Of a DNA stretch of 64,000 nt, positions 39,063-48,062 are shown piece after piece. This DNA comes from an uncultured Fibrobacterota bacterium (GTDB lineage: Bacteria > Fibrobacterota > Chitinivibrionia > Chitinivibrionales > FEN-1185), in NCBI GenBank assembly GCA_963729895.1, contig CAVSQB010000023.1, forward strand, positions 1-64,000. The letters run 5' to 3'. The first letter of the stretch is position 1, and the number at the start of each line of letters is the position of its first letter. The notes beneath the pieces are model-generated. The model worked only from the letters and a program-made list of their open reading frames with translations. It was not told the origin of the DNA and made no database searches. The translations under genes were made by a program, and so were the position numbers.

Positions 39063-41288
39063 TCAAAACCTTGTCGTCAGGCTCAACCGAAAGCTAAGCG
39101 GTTCGGACGGATGAATTTCAAAGTCGTTGACGCCCGCGGCAGGTTCTCCCTTCAGGCGGGTTGTATAGTAATATTCCATGTCGTTGACTTGTACGTTAAA
39201 GATATTTAGTACGTCAAGGGTGAGCCGCACGTTGCGATTGAAATCGTACGCGACCTGGCCGTTAAAGAGGGTAGAGGGCGACGACCGCTCGCTGTTGTCC
39301 TGGGTAAGCGCCCTGGGGCCAACGTAGCGCATAAAAAGGCTTGCCGACCATGGCCCGAGCCTGTGGATGGAGGCGCCGGCCGACACAGCAGTCTCAATGG
39401 CCTCCGGCACATATTGTCCGTTGGTATCGGGGTTAATGAAACGAGCCTGAGAATACGCCATGTCAAGGTCAAAGAGCAGCCAGGGCAGCGGCTGCCAGCG
39501 TTCGCTCCACTCAACGCCAGTGCGGCGGGATGGCGCCGAGGCGTCGGTGGTTCCTTCGTCTGCGTCCCACACCAGCTCGGAGTTAAAATCCAGAAGCCAC
39601 AGCGCAAGCGAGCTTTGCAGTCCGGGAACGGCGTCGTTGCGGCCGCCGATTTCAAACCCGCGTGACCGCACCAGAAGCGTCACTTTGTCAACCGAATCGC
39701 CCGACTTCTCATTTATGGTTGCGGTGGCGCCGCGAACGTCGTTTGAGTGATACCCGTCGCCGTAATCGGCATAGAACTCTGTTTTCGCCCACGGCCCTAA
39801 AACGGCCGTGACCTTTGGCAAAAGAATGCTCCCTTCCGCACTCCCGGAGTTTACCGTGTAGTCCGAACGCACATCGGCATTCAGGTATACCCCTCTCAGC
39901 CCGAGCATAACCTTCATCCAGGGCGTTAGCCTGCTGTCCAGCTCGGCCCAGGGTTCAATTTTTGTTTCGACAACGCTGTCCACACCCCAGGATTTGAGAA
40001 TCCGTCTGTCTACAGTGTGGTAAAGAGCCACCGGATCAATCAGGTCGCAACGCGCATCGAGACCTATCCTGGCCTTTTCCTGAAAGCCAAGCAACGAGAA
40101 TTCCCGTTGCCAATTGTCCGATGTTCCAAAAAACCACCTGTTGTCTTTCTGGTTCATCTGATCCCCGTTCACCGTGTCGTCCAGAAAGTAGGTGAAATTT
40201 GAGAAAAGATTCATGGCGTACTGCACAAGGTATGCGTTAGCCGAAAGCACGCCGCCCCCAAGCTGTCCTTTCCAGGAGGTTGACAGGCTGTAGCGGTGAG
40301 ACGTGCCGCCGTCGCTGGAATCCTCGGTGCCCCAGATGCTGATCAGGCCCTCGGTAACGGCCCGCTGAGGTATATGGTTGGTGGCGTTCCACTCACCCGA
40401 ATAATACATAGCTTCTACATCAAAAGTTCCCTCGCCGAGCTGTCGAGACCAGCGCAGCATTCCGTTGTACTTGTTATAATCCTGGGGAACAACGAACGGC
40501 CCGTCCTGGTGCATGGCCTCAAGCCCGAGAAGAAGTTTTCCACCGGCAAGATCGGTGGATGCGGCGCCAAGGGAACGGTAGTAGCCGTAGGAACCAACGG
40601 TTGCCGTTACAAAAGGGCGACCAAGCTGTTTGTCATAGAATATGTTGATGGCTCCCGCGGAAGAAAAATCGCCCTCTGCCGCGTTGTAAGTTCCCTTGAA
40701 ATAGTCGGCATGGTCGATGAGTTCCGGGATAACGAAATTGAGATCGTCGTAGCCCTGACCGTGGCCCTGCGTAGGCAGGTTCACCGGCACGCCATCGACC
40801 GTGGTCGCAAAGTCGGTCCCGTGGTCGAGATTGAAGCCGCGCAACAGAAACTGATTTGCCTTTCCTGCGCCGCTATGCTGCGTGACGATGAGACCGGGAA
40901 CCAGTTCTTCAACCTCACCGGGCCGCAGTATCGGACGATCCTCCAGGAGTTGACTGGAGTAGGTTCCGCTGCTGGCGGCGCTGGCGACCCCGACCTTGTC
41001 CTGGTAATGTCCGATCACATTGATCGGTGTGAGCTCCGTTATTCCAGACTTCGTTTTCACGGGCTTGGTCGTCTGGGCGCTGGAATCGTTTACCGCCTTG
41101 GCGGTGTCATTGGGAACCGCAACGGCCGAATCGCTTTCCACCGGAACCGGTATCTCATCCGGATGAGGAACCTCGGCCCGGCACACGCCTGCAAGAAACA
41201 GTCCCGCGAGCAAAAAATGATGAGCTTTCCCAAAAAGAAATCCTGCCGTATCACCGTATAACCGCGCTAAACCGGAACACTTTCTCAC
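39063..41288 (-). CDS. TonB-dependent receptor (probable Ni/Co metal uptake)
   Basis: QHSGAGKANQFLLRGF, QGHGQGY plug, C-terminal F; GTG 41288 with GGAGG RBS. Confidence 0.9.
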   Translation of the reverse strand: MRKCSGLARLYGDTAGFLFGKAHHFLLAGLFLAGVCRAEVPHPDEIPVPVESDSAVAVPNDTAKAVNDSSAQTTKPVKTKSGITELTPINVIGHYQDKVGVASAASSGTYSSQLLEDRPILRPGEVEELVPGLIVTQHSGAGKANQFLLRGFNLDHGTDFATTVDGVPVNLPTQGHGQGYDDLNFVIPELIDHADYFKGTYNAAEGDFSSAGAINIFYDKQLGRPFVTATVGSYGYYRSLGAASTDLAGGKLLLGLEAMHQDGPFVVPQDYNKYNGMLRWSRQLGEGTFDVEAMYYSGEWNATNHIPQRAVTEGLISIWGTEDSSDGGTSHRYSLSTSWKGQLGGGVLSANAYLVQYAMNLFSNFTYFLDDTVNGDQMNQKDNRWFFGTSDNWQREFSLLGFQEKARIGLDARCDLIDPVALYHTVDRRILKSWGVDSVVETKIEPWAELDSRLTPWMKVMLGLRGVYLNADVRSDYTVNSGSAEGSILLPKVTAVLGPWAKTEFYADYGDGYHSNDVRGATATINEKSGDSVDKVTLLVRSRGFEIGGRNDAVPGLQSSLALWLLDFNSELVWDADEGTTDASAPSRRTGVEWSERWQPLPWLLFDLDMAYSQARFINPDTNGQYVPEAIETAVSAGASIHRLGPWSASLFMRYVGPRALTQDNSERSSPSTLFNGQVAYDFNRNVRLTLDVLNIFNVQVNDMEYYYTTRLKGEPAAGVNDFEIHPSEPLSFRLSLTTRF

Positions 41289-41340
41289 AGTTTCCTCCCT
41301 CGGGGACCAACCGGAAATAATCGGCGCATGCCTCTTTGTG

Positions 41341-41399
41341 GTGGCATGAATATACATTTAGTGCTACAATTGGTGGCATAAAAATATTTTTCATGCTAC
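41341..41399. promoter_or_regulatory. Two tandem NikR-type operators in the divergent promoter
   Basis: GTGGCAT-N13-GTGCTAC (41341-41367) and GTGGCAT-N13-ATGCTAC (41373-41399), AT-rich spacers. Confidence 0.7.
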
Positions 41400-41436
41400 T
41401 TCATCCATCCATTATTTTTGAGTAGGGGAGTCTTCT

Positions 41437-42126
41437 ATGCATATTCCCGACGGCTATCTCGGCCCCATCACCTGCGGCATCGGCTATGCCGCGATGGCGC
41501 CGATCTGGGTCATCGCTTCGCGCCGCGTGAAAAAAACGCTTGCCGCGAAGCAGGTGCCACTGCTCGCCATCGGCGCTGCGTTCTCGTTTGTCATCATGAT
41601 GTTCAACGTCCCGATCCCGGGCGGCACCACCGGCCACGCCGTTGGTGCAGTGCTTGTCGCTATCCTGCTCGGCCCGTGGGCGGCATGTATTGCGGTAAGC
41701 GTGGCGCTTGTCATTCAGGCGCTGCTTTTCGGCGACGGCGGCATCACCGCCATCGGCGTGAACTGCTTTAACATGGCTTTTGTCCTTCCGGCAGCGGGGT
41801 TCCTGGTGTACAAATTGATAAGCGGCAGGAGCTCCGTCTCGTCTTTCCGGAGAGTTGTGGCGGCCGGTGCCGCAGGATATTGTGGTCTTGTGATCGCGTC
41901 TTTGTGCGCAGGCGTTGAACTGGGCCTTCAACCGTTGCTGCACCACACGGCGTCGGGCCAGGCCCTGTATTGCCCCTACGGAATACGGGTTGCAGTCGCC
42001 TCCATGGTCGGCGGACACGCGCTCGTGTTTGGGTGGGTGGAATGCATGGTGACGGCGCTTGTTGTCAAGTTCCTTCAGATTCAGGAGCCGTCGCTGCTTG
42101 GAACGGACAAGAAAGCTGCACCATGA
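41437..42126 (+). CDS. cbiM: Ni/Co ECF transporter S component (NikM/CbiM)
   Basis: N-terminal MHIPDGYL, GTTGH, QALLFGDGG. Confidence 0.93.
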   Translation: MHIPDGYLGPITCGIGYAAMAPIWVIASRRVKKTLAAKQVPLLAIGAAFSFVIMMFNVPIPGGTTGHAVGAVLVAILLGPWAACIAVSVALVIQALLFGDGGITAIGVNCFNMAFVLPAAGFLVYKLISGRSSVSSFRRVVAAGAAGYCGLVIASLCAGVELGLQPLLHHTASGQALYCPYGIRVAVASMVGGHALVFGWVECMVTALVVKFLQIQEPSLLGTDKKAAP

Positions 42127-42461
42127 AGACCGCCGCAAAGCTGTGGGTCGGTCTCGGCGTTCTTGCCGTACTGTCACCCTTGGGCCTGTACCTGCCGCAG
42201 AAATTCAAGGCGGGATCCGCTTGGGGCGAGTGGAGCGCTGAGGAAATGCACGGCCTTGTGGGGTATATTCCCAAAGGGCTCAAGAAACTGTCGTCTTTAT
42301 GGAGCGCTCCCTTGCCCGATTATGCATTCAAAGGATGGCGGAACCTCTCGCTCGGGCATCTGAGTCTGGCGTATGTCGTTTCCGCCGTGCTTGGCATTGC
42401 GCTGTGCGTGGGACTCGCTTTCTTGCTCGGCAACATCCTTTCCAAAAAGGAATCGCACTGA
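42123..42461 (+). CDS. PDGLE-domain / NikN-like subunit
   Basis: Two TMs, AWGEW, APLPDY. Confidence 0.8.
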   Translation: MKTAAKLWVGLGVLAVLSPLGLYLPQKFKAGSAWGEWSAEEMHGLVGYIPKGLKKLSSLWSAPLPDYAFKGWRNLSLGHLSLAYVVSAVLGIALCVGLAFLLGNILSKKESH

Positions 42462-43318
42462 TGCCGAACCAGAGGCTCGCACGAGGCGGCGGCTTTGTGG
42501 AGCGCACCATACTCGGTACGGTTTCTCTTCTTAAGGAGACCGTTTCGGTGGAACGCATTGCGGTGCGCAAAGGATTTCTGCAGCGCCGGGATGCCCGGTT
42601 CAAATGCCTGGCCGCGGCACTGCTTCTGTGCGCCGTGTTGATTACCAGGAGCATCGCTGAATTGTCCGTACTGTACGCGGCAATTATCTGCGTTGCTCTC
42701 GTCTCGTCAATCGGCCTGCTGTACTTTCTCGAACGCACGATGCTTTTCATCCCGATTTTTTCCCTGTTCATCGTCGTACCCGCGATTTTCAGCGCCGTTA
42801 CTCCCGGCGAGCCGCTGGTATCTTTCAAGCTGTTTGCATGGGACCTGTCGATTACGCGGCAGGGAGTGGATTCTGCGATTATTTTCTTCATGCGCGTGCT
42901 CGACTCGGTGTCCGTTGCCGTCCTGCTTGTACTTACGACGCGGCAACACGTGCTGCTCAGAACCCTCCGGGTTTTTCGCGTGCCGCAGCTGTTTGTCATG
43001 ACGATGGGCATGAGCTACCGGTACATTTTTCTCCTGCTTGACGTAATCCAAAAGACGTTTATCGCTATAAAGAGTCGCGTGGGATACGTCTCGTCAACCA
43101 AGCAGGGCCGCAGCCTCGTCGCCTCGCACGTGGCCGGGCTGTGGCTCCGCTCCTATCGCCTGCATTCACAGGTGTACGATGCCATGCTCGCGCGCGGGTA
43201 TTCGGGCGAGGCATACATGCTCGACGAATTCGGCGCCCGGGCGCCCGACATTGTCCTTCTTCTTACCGCGCTTTGTGCGCTGATCGGAACTCTATGGCTC
43301 AACCTGTCTTTTCACTGA
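42461..43318 (+). CDS. cbiQ: Ni/Co ECF transporter T component
   Basis: DARFK, YRYIFLL, AMLARGY. Confidence 0.88.
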   Translation: MPNQRLARGGGFVERTILGTVSLLKETVSVERIAVRKGFLQRRDARFKCLAAALLLCAVLITRSIAELSVLYAAIICVALVSSIGLLYFLERTMLFIPIFSLFIVVPAIFSAVTPGEPLVSFKLFAWDLSITRQGVDSAIIFFMRVLDSVSVAVLLVLTTRQHVLLRTLRVFRVPQLFVMTMGMSYRYIFLLLDVIQKTFIAIKSRVGYVSSTKQGRSLVASHVAGLWLRSYRLHSQVYDAMLARGYSGEAYMLDEFGARAPDIVLLLTALCALIGTLWLNLSFH

Positions 43319-44124
43319 GCGGCGCTTCCTTCTCCTATCCCGGCGGGATTCAGGCGCTGAACGACATCACGCTCTCTTTCAACGCCGGTGAGCGCGCGGC
43401 AATAATCGGCGCAAACGGCACGGGCAAGTCTACGCTTCTGATGCTGCTTGATGGTTTGATTTTTGCCGACAAGGGCGCAGTGTGCGCGTTTGGAAAAGAC
43501 CTCACCGAAAAATCCATGCGGGACCCCCTGGTTCAGCGCGAATTCCGACGCCGGGTCGGATTTGTGTTTCAAAACCCCGAGGTGCAGCTCTTTTGCCCGA
43601 CGGTCAGGGAAGACGTCGTGTTCGGGCCGCTGCAGCTTGGCGTCGACCACCGGACTATTCGCCAGAGGCTCGATGCAATCGCGGACAAAATGAGAATATC
43701 GCACCTTCTCGACCGGTCGCCGCACCAGCTTTCCATCGGCGAAAAGAAGAAGGCAGCTATCGCTTCGATGCTCGTAATGGAACCCGAAGTCCTGTTGCTT
43801 GATGAGCCCACCGCCGGGCTGGACCCGCAGACGACCAGGGACATAATTGAGGTTCTCCACCAGGCACATTCGGCAGGCCGCACCGTGGTCATGGCCACGC
43901 ACGATCTGTATATCGTTGAGGAGATTGCCGATGTGGTGCACGTGTTCGGAAGCGAGAGGACCGTCATCAGGTCAGGCAGCGGGGAAGAAATACTTGCGGA
44001 CAACCCATTTTTGCAGGCCAACAATCTCGTCCACATTCACGTTCACAGGCACCTTAACGTAACGCATACGCATCCGCACGACCACGGCCACACACATGGC
44101 CGCGACATCAGTTCCTTCCGGTGA
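43294..44124 (+). CDS. cbiO: Ni/Co ECF transporter ATPase with His-rich tail
   Basis: GANGTGKST, FQNPEVQLF, LSIGEKK, LDEPTAGLDP; tail HIHVHRH..HTHPHDHGHTH. Confidence 0.9.
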   Translation: MAQPVFSLSGASFSYPGGIQALNDITLSFNAGERAAIIGANGTGKSTLLMLLDGLIFADKGAVCAFGKDLTEKSMRDPLVQREFRRRVGFVFQNPEVQLFCPTVREDVVFGPLQLGVDHRTIRQRLDAIADKMRISHLLDRSPHQLSIGEKKKAAIASMLVMEPEVLLLDEPTAGLDPQTTRDIIEVLHQAHSAGRTVVMATHDLYIVEEIADVVHVFGSERTVIRSGSGEEILADNPFLQANNLVHIHVHRHLNVTHTHPHDHGHTHGRDISSFR

Positions 44125-44164
44125 TTTTGGCAGAATCCATCGATGCATGACGCGCAGGCGAGGG

Positions 44165-44200
44165 AGAAAAGAAAGACCGCCCGGGATTTCCCGGGCGGTC
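44165..44200 (-). terminator. Intrinsic terminator
   Basis: GACCGCCCGGG stem followed by TTTCTTTT on the minus strand. Confidence 0.75.
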
Positions 44201-44243
44201 ATGACACAAACCCCATAGTCGAAAAATTCACATCGAAGAAAAA

Positions 44244-44660
44244 TTACTGAGCAGGAGCTGCGGCAGGCTCAGCAGCGGCCTTCTTGTCGGCTTTCTTCAT
44301 TTTTTCGGCTTTGGGAGCTGCAGGAGCGGCAACGGTAATCTTCTCGGCAACCTTCTTACCGTCGACCATTTTGCAGGTAATCGTCAGTTTGGAATCGGCC
44401 TTGATATCGCCGAGCTGTACAGTCTCTTTTCCGCTCATGATCTTCGCGGCAGCGTCAACAGAGAGAGTATCATCTTTCTTTCCAACTTTTACGATAATCG
44501 TGTTGGCAACAGCGTCAGCGGAAACAAATGTTCCCTTAATGGGAGCTGCAGATTCCTTCTTTGCGCCTTTTGCAGCTTTGGGAGCGGGAGCAGCGGCTTC
44601 CTGAGCGATCAGAAGGCTTGTGCATGCGAGAACGGCGATCAACACCTTGGCGAACTTCAT
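44244..44660 (-). CDS. Secreted Ala/Lys/Pro-rich small protein
   Basis: Signal peptide, short beta-rich core, paralog at 2674. Confidence 0.85.
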   Translation of the reverse strand: MKFAKVLIAVLACTSLLIAQEAAAPAPKAAKGAKKESAAPIKGTFVSADAVANTIIVKVGKKDDTLSVDAAAKIMSGKETVQLGDIKADSKLTITCKMVDGKKVAEKITVAAPAAPKAEKMKKADKKAAAEPAAAPAQ

Positions 44661-44751
44661 GAGACACTCCTTTTGTGATGGTTAAAAAGTTAATTAATAT
44701 GGGGTTTGATTGTAACGGAAATCCTTGTTTGGCTAACCGGTCCTATGAAAA

Positions 44752-44767
44752 AGCAAACCATCTGCCA
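44752..44767 (-). promoter_or_regulatory. Sigma54 promoter
   Basis: TGGCAGATGGTTTGCT (GG-N10-GC), ~90 nt upstream of the ATG at 44660. Confidence 0.75.
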
Positions 44768-45033
44768 CAAGAAAGTAACTGTGTATTCAGTTACATAACT
44801 CGCTATATAATAATACATTGCAGCTGAGGTGTTATTCAGAAGATGGGAAAACGGAGAGACAACTTAATCGATTTAAATACGAAATGGTGCATAGACAGCA
44901 TACCAAAAAGTAAATCCTCTCACGCATAAGGTTTGTTTACTGGACAAAGAATTGGGAGGCTGCCAGCAAGAAGAACCGAAACTAACCAGGAGGATCGACT
45001 AGAATTTCATAGACTCTGCTGATCAACCACCCT

Positions 45034-46380
45034 CTAACCTTCTTTTAATCCGAATTTCTCAGCTCTGTATTGAAACGTCCGGTAGGTCATTCCCAGCAGC
45101 TTTGCGGCGTCGGCCATCACCCCTTTCGAACGAAAAAGGGCCTGGGCGAGAATGCTTTTCTCCCATTCTTCAAAAACAAGGCCCTCCTCGGGCAGATCGC
45201 AGGCGGAAGACAGGGGTGCCGTTACGTGTGCTATGCGTAGTTCAAGAGGAAGATCCTCCGCTTTTATGAAATCGTGGCTTGACAATACAGTAATTCTCTC
45301 CATTACGGCTTCCAGTTCGCGCACGTTGCCGGGCCAGCCGTATTCCTTGATGAGTTTCATGGCCTCGTTGTCTACGGTCTTCGGCCGGCCGGAGCGGCTG
45401 ATGAAGAACTTGACCAGAGCTTCGATGTCTTCGACGCGCTCACGAAGCGGCGGTATGGTGATGGGTATGATGTTGAGACGGTAGAACAGATCGTCGCGAA
45501 ACGTCCCTTGCTTGATCGCCTCTTCCAGGTTCTTGTTTGTAGCGGCAATGATGCGGATGTCAACGGGAATACTCTTGATGCCGCCGACCCTCCTGATTTC
45601 GCGTTCCTGCAGCACGCGGAGCAGTTTTGCCTGCGTCGACAGGGACATGTCGGCGACTTCGTCGAGAAACAAAGTGCTCCCATCCGCGGATTCGACAAGG
45701 CCGGTCCTGCGATTCTGCGCGCCGGTAAATGCACCCTTTTCGTAACCGAAAAGTTCCGATTCGAGCAGGGTTTCGGGAAACGCCGCGCAGTTTATGCTCT
45801 GCATGGGCTTTCGCCCCCGATTACTTTGATAGTGAATGAGCCGGGCAATTCGTTCCTTGCCCGTACCGGACTCGCCGCGAACCAGTACGGTGGAATCGCT
45901 GGCAGCCACGCGTTTCACGATTTCCAGAACATTTTTCATGACGCTCGACTCCGCGACAAGCCCGGTGGTGAGTTGCTTTGTAAGCTCGGCGCGAAGCTGC
46001 TCGCCCTCTTCGCGCAGCAGGTATTTCTCGGCCGCCCGCTGCACGACAAGGATGAGTTCATCACGTTCGAGCGGCTTGTTGAGATAATCATATGCGCCTG
46101 AGCGGATGGCTTTGACCGCGGTTTCAACAGACCCGAAGGCCGTGATGACAACAATTTCGGGGCGAACGACAAGTTTTGCCACTTCTTCCACAAGCACAAG
46201 CCCGCTTTTGCCCGGCATTTTGAGGTCGGTGAGCACAACCTGCGGCCGGTTGTCGTAGATCTGGGCAAGGGCTTCGTCAACGGTAGCGGCAACAAGAAGC
46301 GAATGTCCTTGGGAGCCAAGGATGCTCACCATGATATTGCGCTGTCCTGCATCGTCGTCTACAACAAGAACTTTCGCCAT
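45034..46380 (-). CDS. NtrC-family sigma54-dependent response regulator
   Basis: REC domain, GESGTGKE, GAFTGA, Fis-type HTH. Confidence 0.95.
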   Translation of the reverse strand: MAKVLVVDDDAGQRNIMVSILGSQGHSLLVAATVDEALAQIYDNRPQVVLTDLKMPGKSGLVLVEEVAKLVVRPEIVVITAFGSVETAVKAIRSGAYDYLNKPLERDELILVVQRAAEKYLLREEGEQLRAELTKQLTTGLVAESSVMKNVLEIVKRVAASDSTVLVRGESGTGKERIARLIHYQSNRGRKPMQSINCAAFPETLLESELFGYEKGAFTGAQNRRTGLVESADGSTLFLDEVADMSLSTQAKLLRVLQEREIRRVGGIKSIPVDIRIIAATNKNLEEAIKQGTFRDDLFYRLNIIPITIPPLRERVEDIEALVKFFISRSGRPKTVDNEAMKLIKEYGWPGNVRELEAVMERITVLSSHDFIKAEDLPLELRIAHVTAPLSSACDLPEEGLVFEEWEKSILAQALFRSKGVMADAAKLLGMTYRTFQYRAEKFGLKEG

Positions 46381-46401
46381 TTCTTTTCCTTCACAAAGTC
46401 A

Positions 46402-47862
46402 TTACACAGGTGCGGATGCCGTTTGTTGGAGAGAAACGCCTTCATCCTGATTGTCAAGAGGCAGAAGAATTTCAAACTGGGCTCCGCCTTCGGGGCGGTT
46501 TCCTGCAGTAATGGTACCGGCATGTTCCTCGATTATCCTTCGGGCGAGCGCAAGTCCAAGCCCGGTCCCGCCGGGCCGCTTGCTGAAATACGGTTCAAAG
46601 ATTCGTTGCAGGTTTTCCTGAGCTATGCCGGCTCCGGTATCCATGATCTTTATGAGCACGCGGCGATCGCTGACGGGTTGCACCAAACAGTAAATTGCGC
46701 CGTTTTCAGGTACAGCTTCAATTGCGTTGAGAAACAGGTTAAGAAACACAAGCCGCATCTGTTCGATGTCCGCGTTAATTTCCTGCGACGGAGTGCCGGT
46801 AAAGGCAAGGGATATGTGTTTCGCAATCACCTGCTGCTTGATGAGTATCTGAAGCTGTTCAAAAAGTTCTCCAAGGGGGAATTTGGTTTTTTTGAGCCGC
46901 GAGGGCCTGCCTATCGTAAGAAACTCGTTCACCATTTTGTTAAGCTGCTGTACCTCCGCTTTAAGGGCGGCAATCAGTTCCGCGTAGGAGCTGCGGCGGT
47001 CCTCGTTTTCCGGAACATACTCATGCCCCAGATGATCGGCCGTGAGGTTGATGAGGTTGAGCGGGTTCCGTATTTCGTGCGCAAGGCTCGACGCCATTTC
47101 CGCAAGTATCGCGTGGCGTTCCAGCGTGCGCAGCTTGTCCTCGAGTTGCTTTTGGACGCTCAGCTTTTGCGTCATGGTGTTGAACGATTTTGTCAACCGT
47201 CCCACCTCGTCGCGGCCGGAATGGTGAAGTTGCAAGGTAAGATCGCCCGACGCCACGTGCTCCGCGGCGACCGAAAGCTCGCGAAGCGGCTTGTTAAGAC
47301 GGTACAGGACAAAAAACGATACCAAGAACATGATGAAGAGCGCAATGGATGCGATGGTGACGGTTCTCAGGTTTAACTGGCGCGTAAGAATGCCGAAATC
47401 ATTCACAACGATGGATGTTTGAAGGACGCCGATGACCTTGTTATTCTGGATAATAGGGACCTGGACAAAATCGTAACGTACCGGCCTTCCGGCGGAATCT
47501 TCTGCGCCGTATTGCGCCTTGACGATAATCTCCTTTCCGGAAAGCAGGTTGCTCTTTTGACCTACCTTTTTGGGATTGCTGCTGGCAACGATTTTCTGGC
47601 TGCTCCCCACCACCGACACCTCGCGCACGGAGGTGTTGCTTTTGACTTCTTCAATGAATTTCTCCAGCGCCTCGGTATCGGGTCCCTTTCTTGCGGCAAG
47701 CTTCTGTGTCGAATAGTGCACCGTGTGTACGATATCCTGAATATCGCTCTCAAACTGCCGGATAATGAGGTGCTCGAACTGTATGGTAAAGAACAGCATG
47801 AGCGCAACCACAATGATAAAGAACGGCGCAAAAACAAGAAAGAGTTTGGTTTGGAAACTCAT
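46402..47862 (-). CDS. Sensor histidine kinase (periplasmic sensor, HAMP)
   Basis: Two TMs, HAMP, AHEIRNPL, NAIEA, DTGAG, GTGLGL. Confidence 0.93.
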   Translation of the reverse strand: MSFQTKLFLVFAPFFIIVVALMLFFTIQFEHLIIRQFESDIQDIVHTVHYSTQKLAARKGPDTEALEKFIEEVKSNTSVREVSVVGSSQKIVASSNPKKVGQKSNLLSGKEIIVKAQYGAEDSAGRPVRYDFVQVPIIQNNKVIGVLQTSIVVNDFGILTRQLNLRTVTIASIALFIMFLVSFFVLYRLNKPLRELSVAAEHVASGDLTLQLHHSGRDEVGRLTKSFNTMTQKLSVQKQLEDKLRTLERHAILAEMASSLAHEIRNPLNLINLTADHLGHEYVPENEDRRSSYAELIAALKAEVQQLNKMVNEFLTIGRPSRLKKTKFPLGELFEQLQILIKQQVIAKHISLAFTGTPSQEINADIEQMRLVFLNLFLNAIEAVPENGAIYCLVQPVSDRRVLIKIMDTGAGIAQENLQRIFEPYFSKRPGGTGLGLALARRIIEEHAGTITAGNRPEGGAQFEILLPLDNQDEGVSLQQTASAPV

Positions 47863-48062
47863 GGCACCGGATTGGAAAGAAGGTGGATTGCTGAAATATC
47901 AACTAAAATAGTACCTCTGCCGCAACAGGAAGCAAGATTTCTTGCGAGGGGGCGTCCAGTATGGGAGGGCCTCCTCATGCGAATCCGGAATTCGGCGGAA
48001 CATCAAATTATGTATATTGAACACCGGACGTAGCGAACGTGAATCTCCGCTCCCGACTTCTT

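Noticed and set aside
38459..41436. Cobalamin or NiCo riboswitch controlling the TBDR/ECF genes
   Set aside because: No B12-box or other recognisable riboswitch core seen in the intergenic stretches
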